Shown here: one piece after another, positions 29,226-39,457 of the stretch
How the letters are laid out: each line of letters begins with the position of its first letter
Numbering within the stretch: the first letter of the stretch is position 1
Source of the DNA: a virus
Strand: one strand, 5' to 3'
IMG/VR virus record: IMGVR_UViG_3300007722_000007
Span: 1 to 64,000 of that record
DNA length: 64,000 nucleotides
The notes under the pieces: model-generated
Seen by the model: the letters and a program-made list of their open reading frames with translations, nothing else
Told to the model about the DNA's origin: nothing
Databases searched by the model: none
Translations under genes and position numbers: made by a program

Positions 29226-32200
29226 ATGACTGACACGCTCTCCCCCATTCGCGATTACGAGTACAAGTCGTTAACCGGTCAATTCAATATAGATGAAGCG
29301 CTTGGGATCATTGAATGCTTCGTGGCGGGCATTGGCAATAAGGATTCCGTCGGGGATGTATGCCTTCCGGGCTGTTTTACGAACTCGCTAAAAAGAAGAA
29401 AGCCACGGGTTGTTTGGGGCCACAATTGGAACGAGCCCATTGGGAAGGTCCTTGAAATATACGAGGTCGGCCCAAACGATCCGCGGCTACCGACAAAAAT
29501 GAAAAAGGCCGGCATTGGCGGACTTTATGCAAAGGTCCAATTTAATCTAAAAGCAGAAAAGGGACGCGAGGCATTTGCTAACGTCGGGTTTTTTGGGTTT
29601 GACCAAGAGTGGTCAATCGGCTACAAAACGTTAGATGCGGTATTTGATAGCACCCAGCAGGCCAACCTATTAAAAGAAGTAGAGCTGTACGAAGTCAGCC
29701 CTGTTCTCCATGGGGCGAATCAGTTGACAGGGACGATATCCATCAAGTCTGATGAGCCCGCCGCGGATCCTGCTAATAATTCAGCACTCGCCGGCCCCAA
29801 TGGTGCTGAGATGAAAAACCAAGTAACTGCGATTTACGAAGCGGTTACCAACCCTATTAATACCGTGGTTGGAAGAGCGGCGGATTTAACGCGGGCGCTG
29901 TCTGCGCACTTTGGCGGCCCCGTTCGCCTGGTTAGTGCCGACCACGATATTGCCATCTTTGAAATGGGAGCCGGACAATCTACGGAAACGATGCGGGCCA
30001 CATACCATTACGACGGTGATGAATTCATGTTTGGAACAGCGCAACAGGTGCGACCAGAAACAATTTATATTCCTATTCATTCTTCGCTGGGTAGCAGGGA
30101 AAATGGGGAAACAATCGCGCCCGGCATCACATTGGCGATGCTACCGGCAATCGGCCAAAATATTCTGGATGTGCTGACATTCTCGGCCGATAAAAAGGAT
30201 AGTTGCTGTGATGAGTGCGCTATCCACGGCGGCTCTTGCGGGGATTCAAAATCGGCGATGACCCTGTCCGAGTTCAAATTAGCGAACCCTGGCACCCATG
30301 TAATTATTAGTCCAACCGATCCGGTGGAATCGGCGGATATTTTTGACACAGTTAGAACGGTTAGCGAATATCACGGCTTCTCAATAAAAATTTTGACCGA
30401 GGGGATTGTTGTTCAAAACTACGACACCCTGCAACCAGATGCCATAACCGCAATCACGACCGTACTCAGCGGCATTGAGGCAAAGGGGCTACGACCAAGT
30501 CTCAATAGACGGCGTACAAACATGAACCCGATGACGGCCCGCAACGCCGACAATGATGAATTTGTCTTAGAGGGAATCCCGACAATTAATAGGGGTCGCG
30601 GGGTTATCGATCCAACGCCGGGGAGCGATGCAAATGTCCCCAATTTGAACCGAAATCGTCGCGGGGCCGAAATGATGCCATCGGTGCCACAGCCGCGCGA
30701 GGTCCCCGAAGAAATTCCTGAAGTTGCGCCAGCGATACCGCGTAGGAAGCCAGACGAAGAACCCGAAAAAGTTCCAGAAAAAGTTCCAGAAAAAGAACCT
30801 CAAAAGGAACCAGGGCGTCCACCACCGATAACCGTTCCACCAGAACGCGAACCATGGAAGACCCCGCCGCGCCCCGTGCCAAAACCGGAACCAGCGCCGA
30901 CGCCGCCACCAAGACCAGTAACGCCTCCGATTCCAGAGCGACCAAGGGTCCCAGATGCACCACCAGTGCCAGTACGGCCACTAGTCCCTGTCGGCCGGGC
31001 AAGCACGGCTAATCCGAGCGGGAGCATGAGCTCTTCTCTTGAGAGCATAGACACCGAGATGGATGCCATTAACCGACGATTAGCTACCGCCTCGCTAACT
31101 AACACCTTTGAAAATACGAACCGTTCAGCTCCGGAATTGATCCGGGACAGACGAAGACTACAGCAGCTGATCCAGCAGCGGTACGCAATTGAGCGGAGTA
31201 GAGGAAACGATGCAAGCTCATTCACTGGGGAAAAACTGCCGGACGCTGTTTCCGCGCGCGGAAACATTGGCGGCTCTAGGCAGGCCCAAGCGGAATTGGC
31301 GAGAAATATATACCTAGCTCGCCAGCACGGTGGGATGTCTCTCGATCAAGCATCACACGAATTTGGAAAAACCAGAGAAGAAATTAGACAGTTGGAAGTA
31401 CGCCACATAAGCTCGCTGCGGAATCTCGGCGAAACTCATCCAAATAGATTGTCGCGCAGAGCGCTGGACAATCCGTCCATCCCGCTTTCTAGCGATTCTA
31501 TCGATTTGTTGAAGCGCAGACTTGATGGGGAGACACTCGACGAAGCAGCACAGAGACTTGGGACTGACAGATATTCCGTTCGTAGATCAGAACAACTAGC
31601 CTTATCAAAATTGCGAAATTTTTTAGAATTAAATGACGATATAGATCTGCCAGTCGGAATGCAATTAGCAATTGACGCGCTGGCAATGGCGGAGGACGTC
31701 AGCGATTTAAAAGACGATAACGCCAATCAGGATTTAACGGATGCGGTACCCGATGTTGTATCGGGGAATTTTGGTACCGATGCCCCAACTGGGTCGATGG
31801 CGTCAATCTTGCGGATGTCATCAGATAATGACAATGAGCGGAGCGGGCCAGACGAAAAATTAAATAGACGCCTTTACGACAAATACGGCGATGACTCGAT
31901 TGATAAACTTGCAAAAGATAACGATCTTTCCAAGAATGAAACTATTGCGCGAATTCGTGGCCATGCAATAAATCTCTCAGCATCCGAGAGCCCGCGACGC
32001 GCCGAGATGCGCTCCCTTGTAAATAGACACCGGGATTCTGTAACGGAATCCGATAGAAGAATATTAAAATTACGCCTCAACGGCGCATCCCTGGTCGACA
32101 CAGCCGACGAAACCGGTTTATCGCGGGAGGAAGTACGGCAACGAGAACAAAAGGCTATTTCTAAGCTTAGGAAACTATCTGGGTTGGCGGATGATCAGCC

Positions 32201-35200
32201 AACGGTGATCCGGTCGACATTCGGAGCCGACGAAAATGGACCTTATATTGTTCAAGCACTGTCGGACGGAACGGAATCAACCCGCACAATCGGGCCAACG
32301 GAATTTGACAAACAGTTTAATTATGCATCCGCAACATCTTCCTTTGATGAATTCGCACGAATATTAGAGGATGATAATTTCAACAGCAGTCCAAGCGGAT
32401 CAATGAAATTCGGCACCAAAAAACACAGGGCCGGCGACTCGGTGGCAACTCTTAATAAAGACGGAGAATACGAGAACTACGACATACAAATTGATAGAAC
32501 GAATCCGGATAAACCGTTTATTCGCGCTCGGCGCGCGTCGTATCCGGAAATTGGACAAAAACCAATTCATGAATTAATTGGCGAGCGTATGCCAAACGGT
32601 CCAGAATTTGATGACGGTCAGAACACTTACTGGACACGCCACCAGGATCATCACGCATTTGTTTCGTCGGCAGAAGCTGATATTCTGGAAATCGCATCAA
32701 AAACAGGACCAATAAAATTTAAGGACGGCATAATCTCCGGTCATTATGTCGACGGTAATGGAAAGGAAATTAATTTCTCGATTACGCCGTCTCTTACTAC
32801 AGGTCGGGATAGCGGCCGGAATCTTGTTTTATTTAATTCCAGCGAAAGCGAATTCGGTATTCAGTTCCACAACGCCGGGAAGGTTGAAAACGTCGTCCCC
32901 AATGTCATTGAAGTGGCGATGTCCGATAAGGAAAAATTGGACGCACTTCTCCAGACCGGTACTGGAAAAAGGCTGGCTACGGCCGGGCGCGGATTAACTC
33001 ATCAATGGTGGAAGCAATCAACATGGCAATTCCGTTATGGAGGTAAAGACAGTGCCTCAAAGACCATCACAAAAGATCCACAGACGGATATTATTGCCCC
33101 AGACGCCGATGACCTAATAGCCAAAGCCGACAGGCTCGGTGTTTTTAACCCAGCCGTGGACATGGGCATTGATCCAAAATCGGATCAGGGCAAAAAACTT
33201 ACCGTTGTCACAAGCATCGCGAACCGATACAGCATGAGTGGGACATTATCAGAAAAACAGTGGGCCTATTTACGAAGCCTACTTAAAGGTTTTGATGACA
33301 GCGGTGTTGCGCCAAGTCGGCAGGGCGCAACAGATATCCCAATCCTCAGGGTTGACGGACCGGAAAACCTACCAGGGCCATCGGACGTGTCGCCAGAAGC
33401 CCCCGAGGACGACACATGGGCGGAGAAACTGGCAAAAGTGGATTCCGTTGATCTTTCCGATATGACGCGTAGTCATGTAGATATGGACACCGGCGAAATA
33501 ACGCGTTATGCAACGGTAAATATCGGTGATACCAGTCGCCAGTCAAACCGGTATGTTGTCGCGGACGAAAACGGCGTTCTTCGTAAATGGAATCATCCAC
33601 GCGGCGCAGATCAGCAGGGCTGGGAAAGAGGCGGAGGATTACATTGGCCGGCAAATGAGGTCGGTGATGAATACGATGAACTGGTAGAGCGTGTTAACTT
33701 CCAGCGCGGTCGGGTTCCAAACGAAGAAGCCGTGATGATAAGTAGTAAGCCGTGGGTAGAGGAAGCAAGATTGCGCAGGGCGTCCGGTGAAGATATAGAT
33801 GCCGAAGATGTTGAAGCTGAATATCGGGAGCTTGGACTTTACGGGATGGACATGACGCGACCGGACGGATGGGATGAAAGCGATACCCATATTACGATAG
33901 GCAGAAATAATACCACCGAGAGCATTGTTGATGCCGTGAGCGCCCATATTAAAACCGGAAAACCGTTGCAATTTGGCTACAATAAAAACGACGGCACACC
34001 AACGACGACGAGAGTTCTGCGTTCGGCGCGGATGGGGAAAAATCCGCATACCGGAGTCCACTATGTCATTGGCGGAGACGGCATAGACGAAAAAAATTAC
34101 CGAGTAGATCGGATAGTCGGCTACGATAAAAATTTAGATAAGAACGCAAGTAAGCCTAAAACTGATCCGCCGAATACGCGATTTAGTGGAGAACGGCAGA
34201 CCGGTGGCGGAAGCGGCGAACGTCGCCCGCGCGATAAGCCAGCCGATTCAGGCGAAGAAGCACGGCGAATACGGGAAGATGAGGCAGACCCCGGCGCCTG
34301 GGGCGACAATGTGGATAATGAAAACGACAGACGATCCAGGGAAAGGGCGCCTCGCGAAGAGAGAGCGCCTCGTGAAGAGAGAGAAGCGCCCAAAAAGGAG
34401 CGCTCCGGAAATACTGCGCCCCGCGAACGGGAAATGATAAGAGTCGGAACACGCGGGGTGATTGGAAAAACTATTGCCATTAGTGGCTCGGTTAATAATA
34501 AGGAAAAAATTGGTCAGTTATTGGATGCGGCTCGTTCTAATAATAGAGTCTCGTTTATGTACGGCAACAAACCGTATACCGTTTCGTTTCTTGATGTCGA
34601 GGCGGGCGCCTCATTATCGGAGTTCTCGGATCTGTGGTTTCTCCACGCTACTGATAGCGACGACAATATACGGAAAAAATTTGATGTCTCTGAGATAAAT
34701 ATGGATAGACCCAATGATCCGGTGGCGTCGGGTAGGGCGATCGGATCAATACTCACCGGCGCAGAGCGAACACCGGGTAGGCGGAATTTTGTCAATATTC
34801 CGCTGGGGGTTATGGTCGCCGACCATAACAGACAGAGGGAACAAGCGCGGATATCGCACAAAAAATCTACCGATTCCACCGACAATTCAATAAGCGGCTC
34901 CATGGACCTCACTCCGACACGAGTCAATAATTATTTTCCTCCGTCATACTGGACACCGAATAAGCATGATGCGAGATACGCAGCAATGCCCCGCGAAGAA
35001 CAAGACCAAGAATTGCAAACGATTATATCCAGACTCCATTCGGATGCCCCCATTGACGCGGCGCAGACCAATGACCTCCTGGATAGATTCGCGGCTATCG
35101 ATCGAGTTATGCGCACGGATGGCAAATCTTACGTCGATGAATTCGGCATAGAAATTGAGAGAGCCCCAAATGGGGAGTATTTGCTTACCGGCAACGTGGA

Positions 35201-37484
35201 TATAAGCGTCTTTGAAATGGCAAATCCGTCGGGTTCAATGGGGCGTTACGCAAGGCCAACTAATTCGTCAGATCGCGCAATGGATGATTCCTATAATGCG
35301 CAAATATACAATGAGCTGAATGATTTAATGTCGTCAACTTCCGATGCGGACGCAATAAGGCAACTTGCTCGTCGCCATGGAACGAGTGAGCATAATATAC
35401 GCAGGCGACTCAATGTGGTCGACAGGGAACGCGCACGTGAAATTTCCGCCCTTGACAGGGTCGGCGATATTCAGGATGATATCGATCGTGGGGATATATT
35501 ATTTGACGACCTAGAAATGACCCTTGATTTAAGCTCATCGGATTTTGACACAGTTAGGAATATCGACTACGTATTAGGCGAGCTCGATCTCAGATACAGC
35601 AGTAATAGCCCCAGCGGGAGCATGGCATTGCGACGCGGCGAGGACCTGTCAAGCAAAACAACGGACGAACTGCGAGAGTTATTTAATGAATCAATTGAAC
35701 AACTCTTTGGATCCGAGAGGCCTCATCCCAAGGATAACGCAACAAGATCAAGGTTTTTGCGGGACATTGAAAATATCGGGTCAGAAATTCAATCTAGATT
35801 CTTGGCCAGTCCAGAAGCCGTAGCAATTAGAAATAATATTAACGGGGATGACCCAAGCGGGAGCATGTCCCTGCATCCAAGTGGAGGTCAACCCAAAATA
35901 CCATTAAGCGGTAGCCGCCTAATCGATAGACGGCTTCAAAATGTGTACGGTCCAGATGATTGGGAATCTGTCGCTTTGCAAATAGGCGCAAGATTCACCA
36001 ACATGGAAAATAGGGACTGGGAAAACCCATCCATGGATGACCTGATGGATCTTCACCACCTACTAGACATGAGGGCCAGTGAAACAATCATAGTCGACGG
36101 CCTCCCGGAGGTTTTTGATGGATTTACCTATGATGTCCTTTCTATCGCCGGCGACCTAGATATAACGCCAGAGAATGTTGTTGGTTATGCGTCGCGGGGT
36201 CGCGATTTGGCCGAAATCAAGCAGATGGCCGGGATGTCCCCATTTGAGCGAGCAGAAAAAATGATCCTGATTGATAGGCGTAAGAAATTTGAAAACATGC
36301 TTGATTTGAAAAAACAAGAGCTCGGCGATGGCTACGACAGCTGGCTCGATAGCGCGGTAGAAATAAATAACGGAATTTCATTTGATGAGAACGGCAATCC
36401 GAGAGACCGGGATTACATAGAATCACGCGGTGGGCCGTATGGCGGGTTTTTCGTATCGCCCGAAACCGGCGAGCCGGCCGATTCTAAATTAAAAGACACG
36501 CTCGGAACTTTCCTTGAAGATCTGTATAACGCCCCGTCATATCAGCCCCCCGGCGGTCCTAGCGGGTCAATGGCCTATATCGAGCAACGTTACGACATTA
36601 GGCCGAATCCAGATGGTTCGTGGTCCATAATTGATACGCATAATAATAATTCGCCGACCGGAGAGGCATACGGAAGACGCGAGGATGCGCTAAGTGCGGC
36701 CAGACGCATGGATAGGGGGCCGAGTACGCAACGGGGCAGTTTGCGTGCGAGAAATTCTCCAAACCCACAAGCCACGCCCGATCAGGGGCCGTCACAAAGC
36801 CCGCCGGCGCAGACTCAAGATTTGACCCAAGAACAGCTGTCGTTTGATGACGGCCCATCTGGGTCAATGATGGGGAGATTGCCTGGAAGTAAATGGATTT
36901 CAAATGACCCTCTCCGCCGCCACGGAGAAGAAGTTACGAAGCGCCATGCCGAAATAGCGATACAGAATTATCATCGTGGCCCAGCTTCAATGCCATTCGG
37001 GGGTGCCGAGGATGCGAGTAATGAAATGCTATTCAAGGGGTGGGTGGTGGCGGACTCGTCCCTAGACACCCTTTTAGGAAGACTTGAATATTTGGATAAA
37101 GTCCATACGGGAGGTTTGGATAGGGGCCGCACGGGGGGCCTAGACAGAACCCGTATGGGTATTCCCGGGGAGCCATTTAGCACGCCGGAAATCAGGGAAA
37201 GTTACCCCGATACACCACTGGTGGATATGACTTCCGCCATCGTAACCGAAATTGGGCATGTTCTGGCATATCTTCTCAAACTACAACGAAGGCGTAATTG
37301 GTTCCATATGAACCTAAAACGGAGAATGGAAAAGACCAATAACTACCTTATGGCCGACCAATTTGATTCAATGAATGACAGCCGAAGCGGGATAGGCCGA
37401 GAGGAGAAAGACTCTTTGGTATCGGGTAAATTCCCACGGTATATATTGCCGTCTATCGTCAGCATGGTTGCGCAAAAATCATGA
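29226..37484 (+). CDS. giant prohead protease (HK97/S78 family) polyprotein with sigma70-r4 HTH and WYL modules
   Basis: N-terminal WGHN...WSIGY...YEVSPV..GAN protease; ~2.5k-aa extension with 9 xSGSM-type motifs; AAGGA RBS before ATG 29226. Confidence 0.88.
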   Translation: MTDTLSPIRDYEYKSLTGQFNIDEALGIIECFVAGIGNKDSVGDVCLPGCFTNSLKRRKPRVVWGHNWNEPIGKVLEIYEVGPNDPRLPTKMKKAGIGGLYAKVQFNLKAEKGREAFANVGFFGFDQEWSIGYKTLDAVFDSTQQANLLKEVELYEVSPVLHGANQLTGTISIKSDEPAADPANNSALAGPNGAEMKNQVTAIYEAVTNPINTVVGRAADLTRALSAHFGGPVRLVSADHDIAIFEMGAGQSTETMRATYHYDGDEFMFGTAQQVRPETIYIPIHSSLGSRENGETIAPGITLAMLPAIGQNILDVLTFSADKKDSCCDECAIHGGSCGDSKSAMTLSEFKLANPGTHVIISPTDPVESADIFDTVRTVSEYHGFSIKILTEGIVVQNYDTLQPDAITAITTVLSGIEAKGLRPSLNRRRTNMNPMTARNADNDEFVLEGIPTINRGRGVIDPTPGSDANVPNLNRNRRGAEMMPSVPQPREVPEEIPEVAPAIPRRKPDEEPEKVPEKVPEKEPQKEPGRPPPITVPPEREPWKTPPRPVPKPEPAPTPPPRPVTPPIPERPRVPDAPPVPVRPLVPVGRASTANPSGSMSSSLESIDTEMDAINRRLATASLTNTFENTNRSAPELIRDRRRLQQLIQQRYAIERSRGNDASSFTGEKLPDAVSARGNIGGSRQAQAELARNIYLARQHGGMSLDQASHEFGKTREEIRQLEVRHISSLRNLGETHPNRLSRRALDNPSIPLSSDSIDLLKRRLDGETLDEAAQRLGTDRYSVRRSEQLALSKLRNFLELNDDIDLPVGMQLAIDALAMAEDVSDLKDDNANQDLTDAVPDVVSGNFGTDAPTGSMASILRMSSDNDNERSGPDEKLNRRLYDKYGDDSIDKLAKDNDLSKNETIARIRGHAINLSASESPRRAEMRSLVNRHRDSVTESDRRILKLRLNGASLVDTADETGLSREEVRQREQKAISKLRKLSGLADDQPTVIRSTFGADENGPYIVQALSDGTESTRTIGPTEFDKQFNYASATSSFDEFARILEDDNFNSSPSGSMKFGTKKHRAGDSVATLNKDGEYENYDIQIDRTNPDKPFIRARRASYPEIGQKPIHELIGERMPNGPEFDDGQNTYWTRHQDHHAFVSSAEADILEIASKTGPIKFKDGIISGHYVDGNGKEINFSITPSLTTGRDSGRNLVLFNSSESEFGIQFHNAGKVENVVPNVIEVAMSDKEKLDALLQTGTGKRLATAGRGLTHQWWKQSTWQFRYGGKDSASKTITKDPQTDIIAPDADDLIAKADRLGVFNPAVDMGIDPKSDQGKKLTVVTSIANRYSMSGTLSEKQWAYLRSLLKGFDDSGVAPSRQGATDIPILRVDGPENLPGPSDVSPEAPEDDTWAEKLAKVDSVDLSDMTRSHVDMDTGEITRYATVNIGDTSRQSNRYVVADENGVLRKWNHPRGADQQGWERGGGLHWPANEVGDEYDELVERVNFQRGRVPNEEAVMISSKPWVEEARLRRASGEDIDAEDVEAEYRELGLYGMDMTRPDGWDESDTHITIGRNNTTESIVDAVSAHIKTGKPLQFGYNKNDGTPTTTRVLRSARMGKNPHTGVHYVIGGDGIDEKNYRVDRIVGYDKNLDKNASKPKTDPPNTRFSGERQTGGGSGERRPRDKPADSGEEARRIREDEADPGAWGDNVDNENDRRSRERAPREERAPREEREAPKKERSGNTAPREREMIRVGTRGVIGKTIAISGSVNNKEKIGQLLDAARSNNRVSFMYGNKPYTVSFLDVEAGASLSEFSDLWFLHATDSDDNIRKKFDVSEINMDRPNDPVASGRAIGSILTGAERTPGRRNFVNIPLGVMVADHNRQREQARISHKKSTDSTDNSISGSMDLTPTRVNNYFPPSYWTPNKHDARYAAMPREEQDQELQTIISRLHSDAPIDAAQTNDLLDRFAAIDRVMRTDGKSYVDEFGIEIERAPNGEYLLTGNVDISVFEMANPSGSMGRYARPTNSSDRAMDDSYNAQIYNELNDLMSSTSDADAIRQLARRHGTSEHNIRRRLNVVDRERAREISALDRVGDIQDDIDRGDILFDDLEMTLDLSSSDFDTVRNIDYVLGELDLRYSSNSPSGSMALRRGEDLSSKTTDELRELFNESIEQLFGSERPHPKDNATRSRFLRDIENIGSEIQSRFLASPEAVAIRNNINGDDPSGSMSLHPSGGQPKIPLSGSRLIDRRLQNVYGPDDWESVALQIGARFTNMENRDWENPSMDDLMDLHHLLDMRASETIIVDGLPEVFDGFTYDVLSIAGDLDITPENVVGYASRGRDLAEIKQMAGMSPFERAEKMILIDRRKKFENMLDLKKQELGDGYDSWLDSAVEINNGISFDENGNPRDRDYIESRGGPYGGFFVSPETGEPADSKLKDTLGTFLEDLYNAPSYQPPGGPSGSMAYIEQRYDIRPNPDGSWSIIDTHNNNSPTGEAYGRREDALSAARRMDRGPSTQRGSLRARNSPNPQATPDQGPSQSPPAQTQDLTQEQLSFDDGPSGSMMGRLPGSKWISNDPLRRHGEEVTKRHAEIAIQNYHRGPASMPFGGAEDASNEMLFKGWVVADSSLDTLLGRLEYLDKVHTGGLDRGRTGGLDRTRMGIPGEPFSTPEIRESYPDTPLVDMTSAIVTEIGHVLAYLLKLQRRRNWFHMNLKRRMEKTNNYLMADQFDSMNDSRSGIGREEKDSLVSGKFPRYILPSIVSMVAQKS
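30522..30620 (+). repeat. 33-aa shared motif, copy 1
   Basis: MNPMTARNADNDEFVLEGIPTINRGRGVIDPTP. Confidence 0.95.
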
Positions 37485-37619
37485 CAGCCCTATCCCGTGG
37501 TCCAATAATGCCATCCGCTGCCGCGGCAGTGAGAAAAGAGATAAACTTGATTGATAAATGCATAAAATTTTCACAACAATTACAGAGTTCAAGTAATAGC
37601 AGTAAATAGATACACAAAA

Positions 37620-39443
37620 ATGACCAGCGATAGCGATCACACCCCAAAAGGCGCTGTTATGGGTTATGCTAAACCTGCACAACAAAACGGAGGTAAAGCG
37701 AAATACAACTGCATGGTAACTGGAGAGAAAAAACAGTTTCCCTGCGGCGGTTGCTCCAATCCGAAAGGTTGTCTTTCAACAACCATGCAGTTCAAGGAGC
37801 AAACAATGGCAACGGACGAAAAGTCAGTCGTAAAAATCGGTGCAGACGGTGACTTAATTGAATGTGCAAAAGGATTAGACGTAAGTGAGTGTGGTTACGT
37901 TAAGGGTCAGTTAGCTTGTGGAAAATGTGGTGCTGTTGCGGTGTCAGTGAAAGTAGACGTAGTTGAGGAAGATGAAGCGCTTGAAATAGCCGAGGATGAT
38001 GAAATTATGAAAAATACGCCAGATAACGCAACACAAACTCCTACGCGTAAGCGCGGCTCACGCATTGCCCTTGAGGAAAAGGCGGCAGTGCGCGCATACG
38101 GAGATACTCTTACCGAAGAGGACGAAGCTCTTCTTGCCGAAGAAGAGAAGAAGAAGCAAAAGCTAAGAGATCTGGCCACCGAAGCCGAAGATGCGGCCGA
38201 AGCCGAAGATGCGGCCGAAGCCGAAGGTGTTGCTGAGACCGAAGGTGTTGCTGAAATCGCCGATGTGGCGTTGCCGGATCCGGCAACAGACACCGCCGAC
38301 ATAACTGGCGACGTGGCAGACGAGGCCTACGAGACCAGCCGCATACCGGCTGAAGAGGAACCGCAAATGGATGAAATTCTTGCGATGCGTTCGGCGCCAA
38401 GAAGAAAGAAGCCGGCCGCTCCAGTTGCGCCGGAAGCAGAAGATGACGCACTGGTTGACGAAACCGACGACGAAGTCCCTGGCAGACAAATAATGGAGCA
38501 AAGAAGACTCCGATCAATGGGATACAAATCGGGAGAGTTTGGTGCCGATGCCTTCGTGTGTTCACTGGAGCGCAAGGTCTACTCAAGCGGCGCTGGTGTT
38601 TGTGAAGGTTGCCCAGGCGGTTGCGTAAAAGAAGGATCAATGCCTGCGCTTTTGGAGATTGAAGGTCGCGCCGAAGACATGTTCAGCGGCAAGGTTCTTG
38701 ATTCCGGATACTCGGACATCGCGGATATCTTTGTTGTTGATGTTGAGCGCAAGGACGGGAAACCAATTGAGGCCTTCTTTGACGGCTCAACGGGCGAGGT
38801 TCTTGGTTGGCATATGCTAAATCAGGAAGTTCTTGAAGTCAAATCCGGATTCCAGCCAACCGAATTGATTAGTTTTTCGGAAGCGGCGTCTATTGCAACC
38901 AAGAGCATTCAGGGTGATGTCATGGCGGTTGAGGCCGATATCTTTGAGGGCTTTGATGCGTACGCCGTTGAGATAGAGGGCATTGATGGAAAATCATACG
39001 ATGTGTTCGTGTCTCTTGACGGCGATGTGCTTGGCTATGATGAGTACACCCAAGAAGAGGCTTCGTCTATTGAGGCCGAAGCCGCAGAGATAGCCCTTAA
39101 GCGTGCCTATTCAGACGAGCAACGCGCAGGACACGCATCCAAGGGGAATGCACTTCCGGATGGCTCTTTCCCAATTGTTGATGAAACCGATCTCCGTAAT
39201 GCAATTACGGCCCATGGTCGCGCCAAGAACGCAGACGTTGCGAAACTGCACATCATGGAGCGCGCCATGTCCCTCAAGCTCGAGAATTTAATTCCCGAGA
39301 ACTGGATTGACGAAGAAACAAAAAAGAAGTTTGCCTCTTCGGGGAAATCAGGAGAAGACAACTTCCTATCAACGCTTCTTGAATTTGAAATGCTCGCCCA
39401 GGAAGCCGATAATTCTTCAAGTATTTACAACGAGTCAGAATAG
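37620..39443 (+). CDS. acidic head-module protein: Cys clusters, two PepSY-like domains, C-terminal ALPDGSFPI (DUF6582-like) domain
   Basis: CxxC clusters; FFDGSTGEVLG and ISFSEAASIA...DVFVSLDGDVLG; ALPDGSFPI..DLRNAI.AHGR. Confidence 0.7.
   Translation: MTSDSDHTPKGAVMGYAKPAQQNGGKAKYNCMVTGEKKQFPCGGCSNPKGCLSTTMQFKEQTMATDEKSVVKIGADGDLIECAKGLDVSECGYVKGQLACGKCGAVAVSVKVDVVEEDEALEIAEDDEIMKNTPDNATQTPTRKRGSRIALEEKAAVRAYGDTLTEEDEALLAEEEKKKQKLRDLATEAEDAAEAEDAAEAEGVAETEGVAEIADVALPDPATDTADITGDVADEAYETSRIPAEEEPQMDEILAMRSAPRRKKPAAPVAPEAEDDALVDETDDEVPGRQIMEQRRLRSMGYKSGEFGADAFVCSLERKVYSSGAGVCEGCPGGCVKEGSMPALLEIEGRAEDMFSGKVLDSGYSDIADIFVVDVERKDGKPIEAFFDGSTGEVLGWHMLNQEVLEVKSGFQPTELISFSEAASIATKSIQGDVMAVEADIFEGFDAYAVEIEGIDGKSYDVFVSLDGDVLGYDEYTQEEASSIEAEAAEIALKRAYSDEQRAGHASKGNALPDGSFPIVDETDLRNAITAHGRAKNADVAKLHIMERAMSLKLENLIPENWIDEETKKKFASSGKSGEDNFLSTLLEFEMLAQEADNSSSIYNESE
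38181..38255 (+). repeat. 18-bp tandem coding repeat (EAEDAA/EGVA)
   Basis: GAAGCCGAAGATGCGGCC x2 plus two degenerate units. Confidence 0.8.
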
Positions 39444-39457
39444 ATCGGCGGTGCGGC

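Noticed and set aside
30690-30990. Pro-rich EKVP/PxP repeats as a distinct element
   Set aside because: Ordinary low-complexity linker between the tag and the first module
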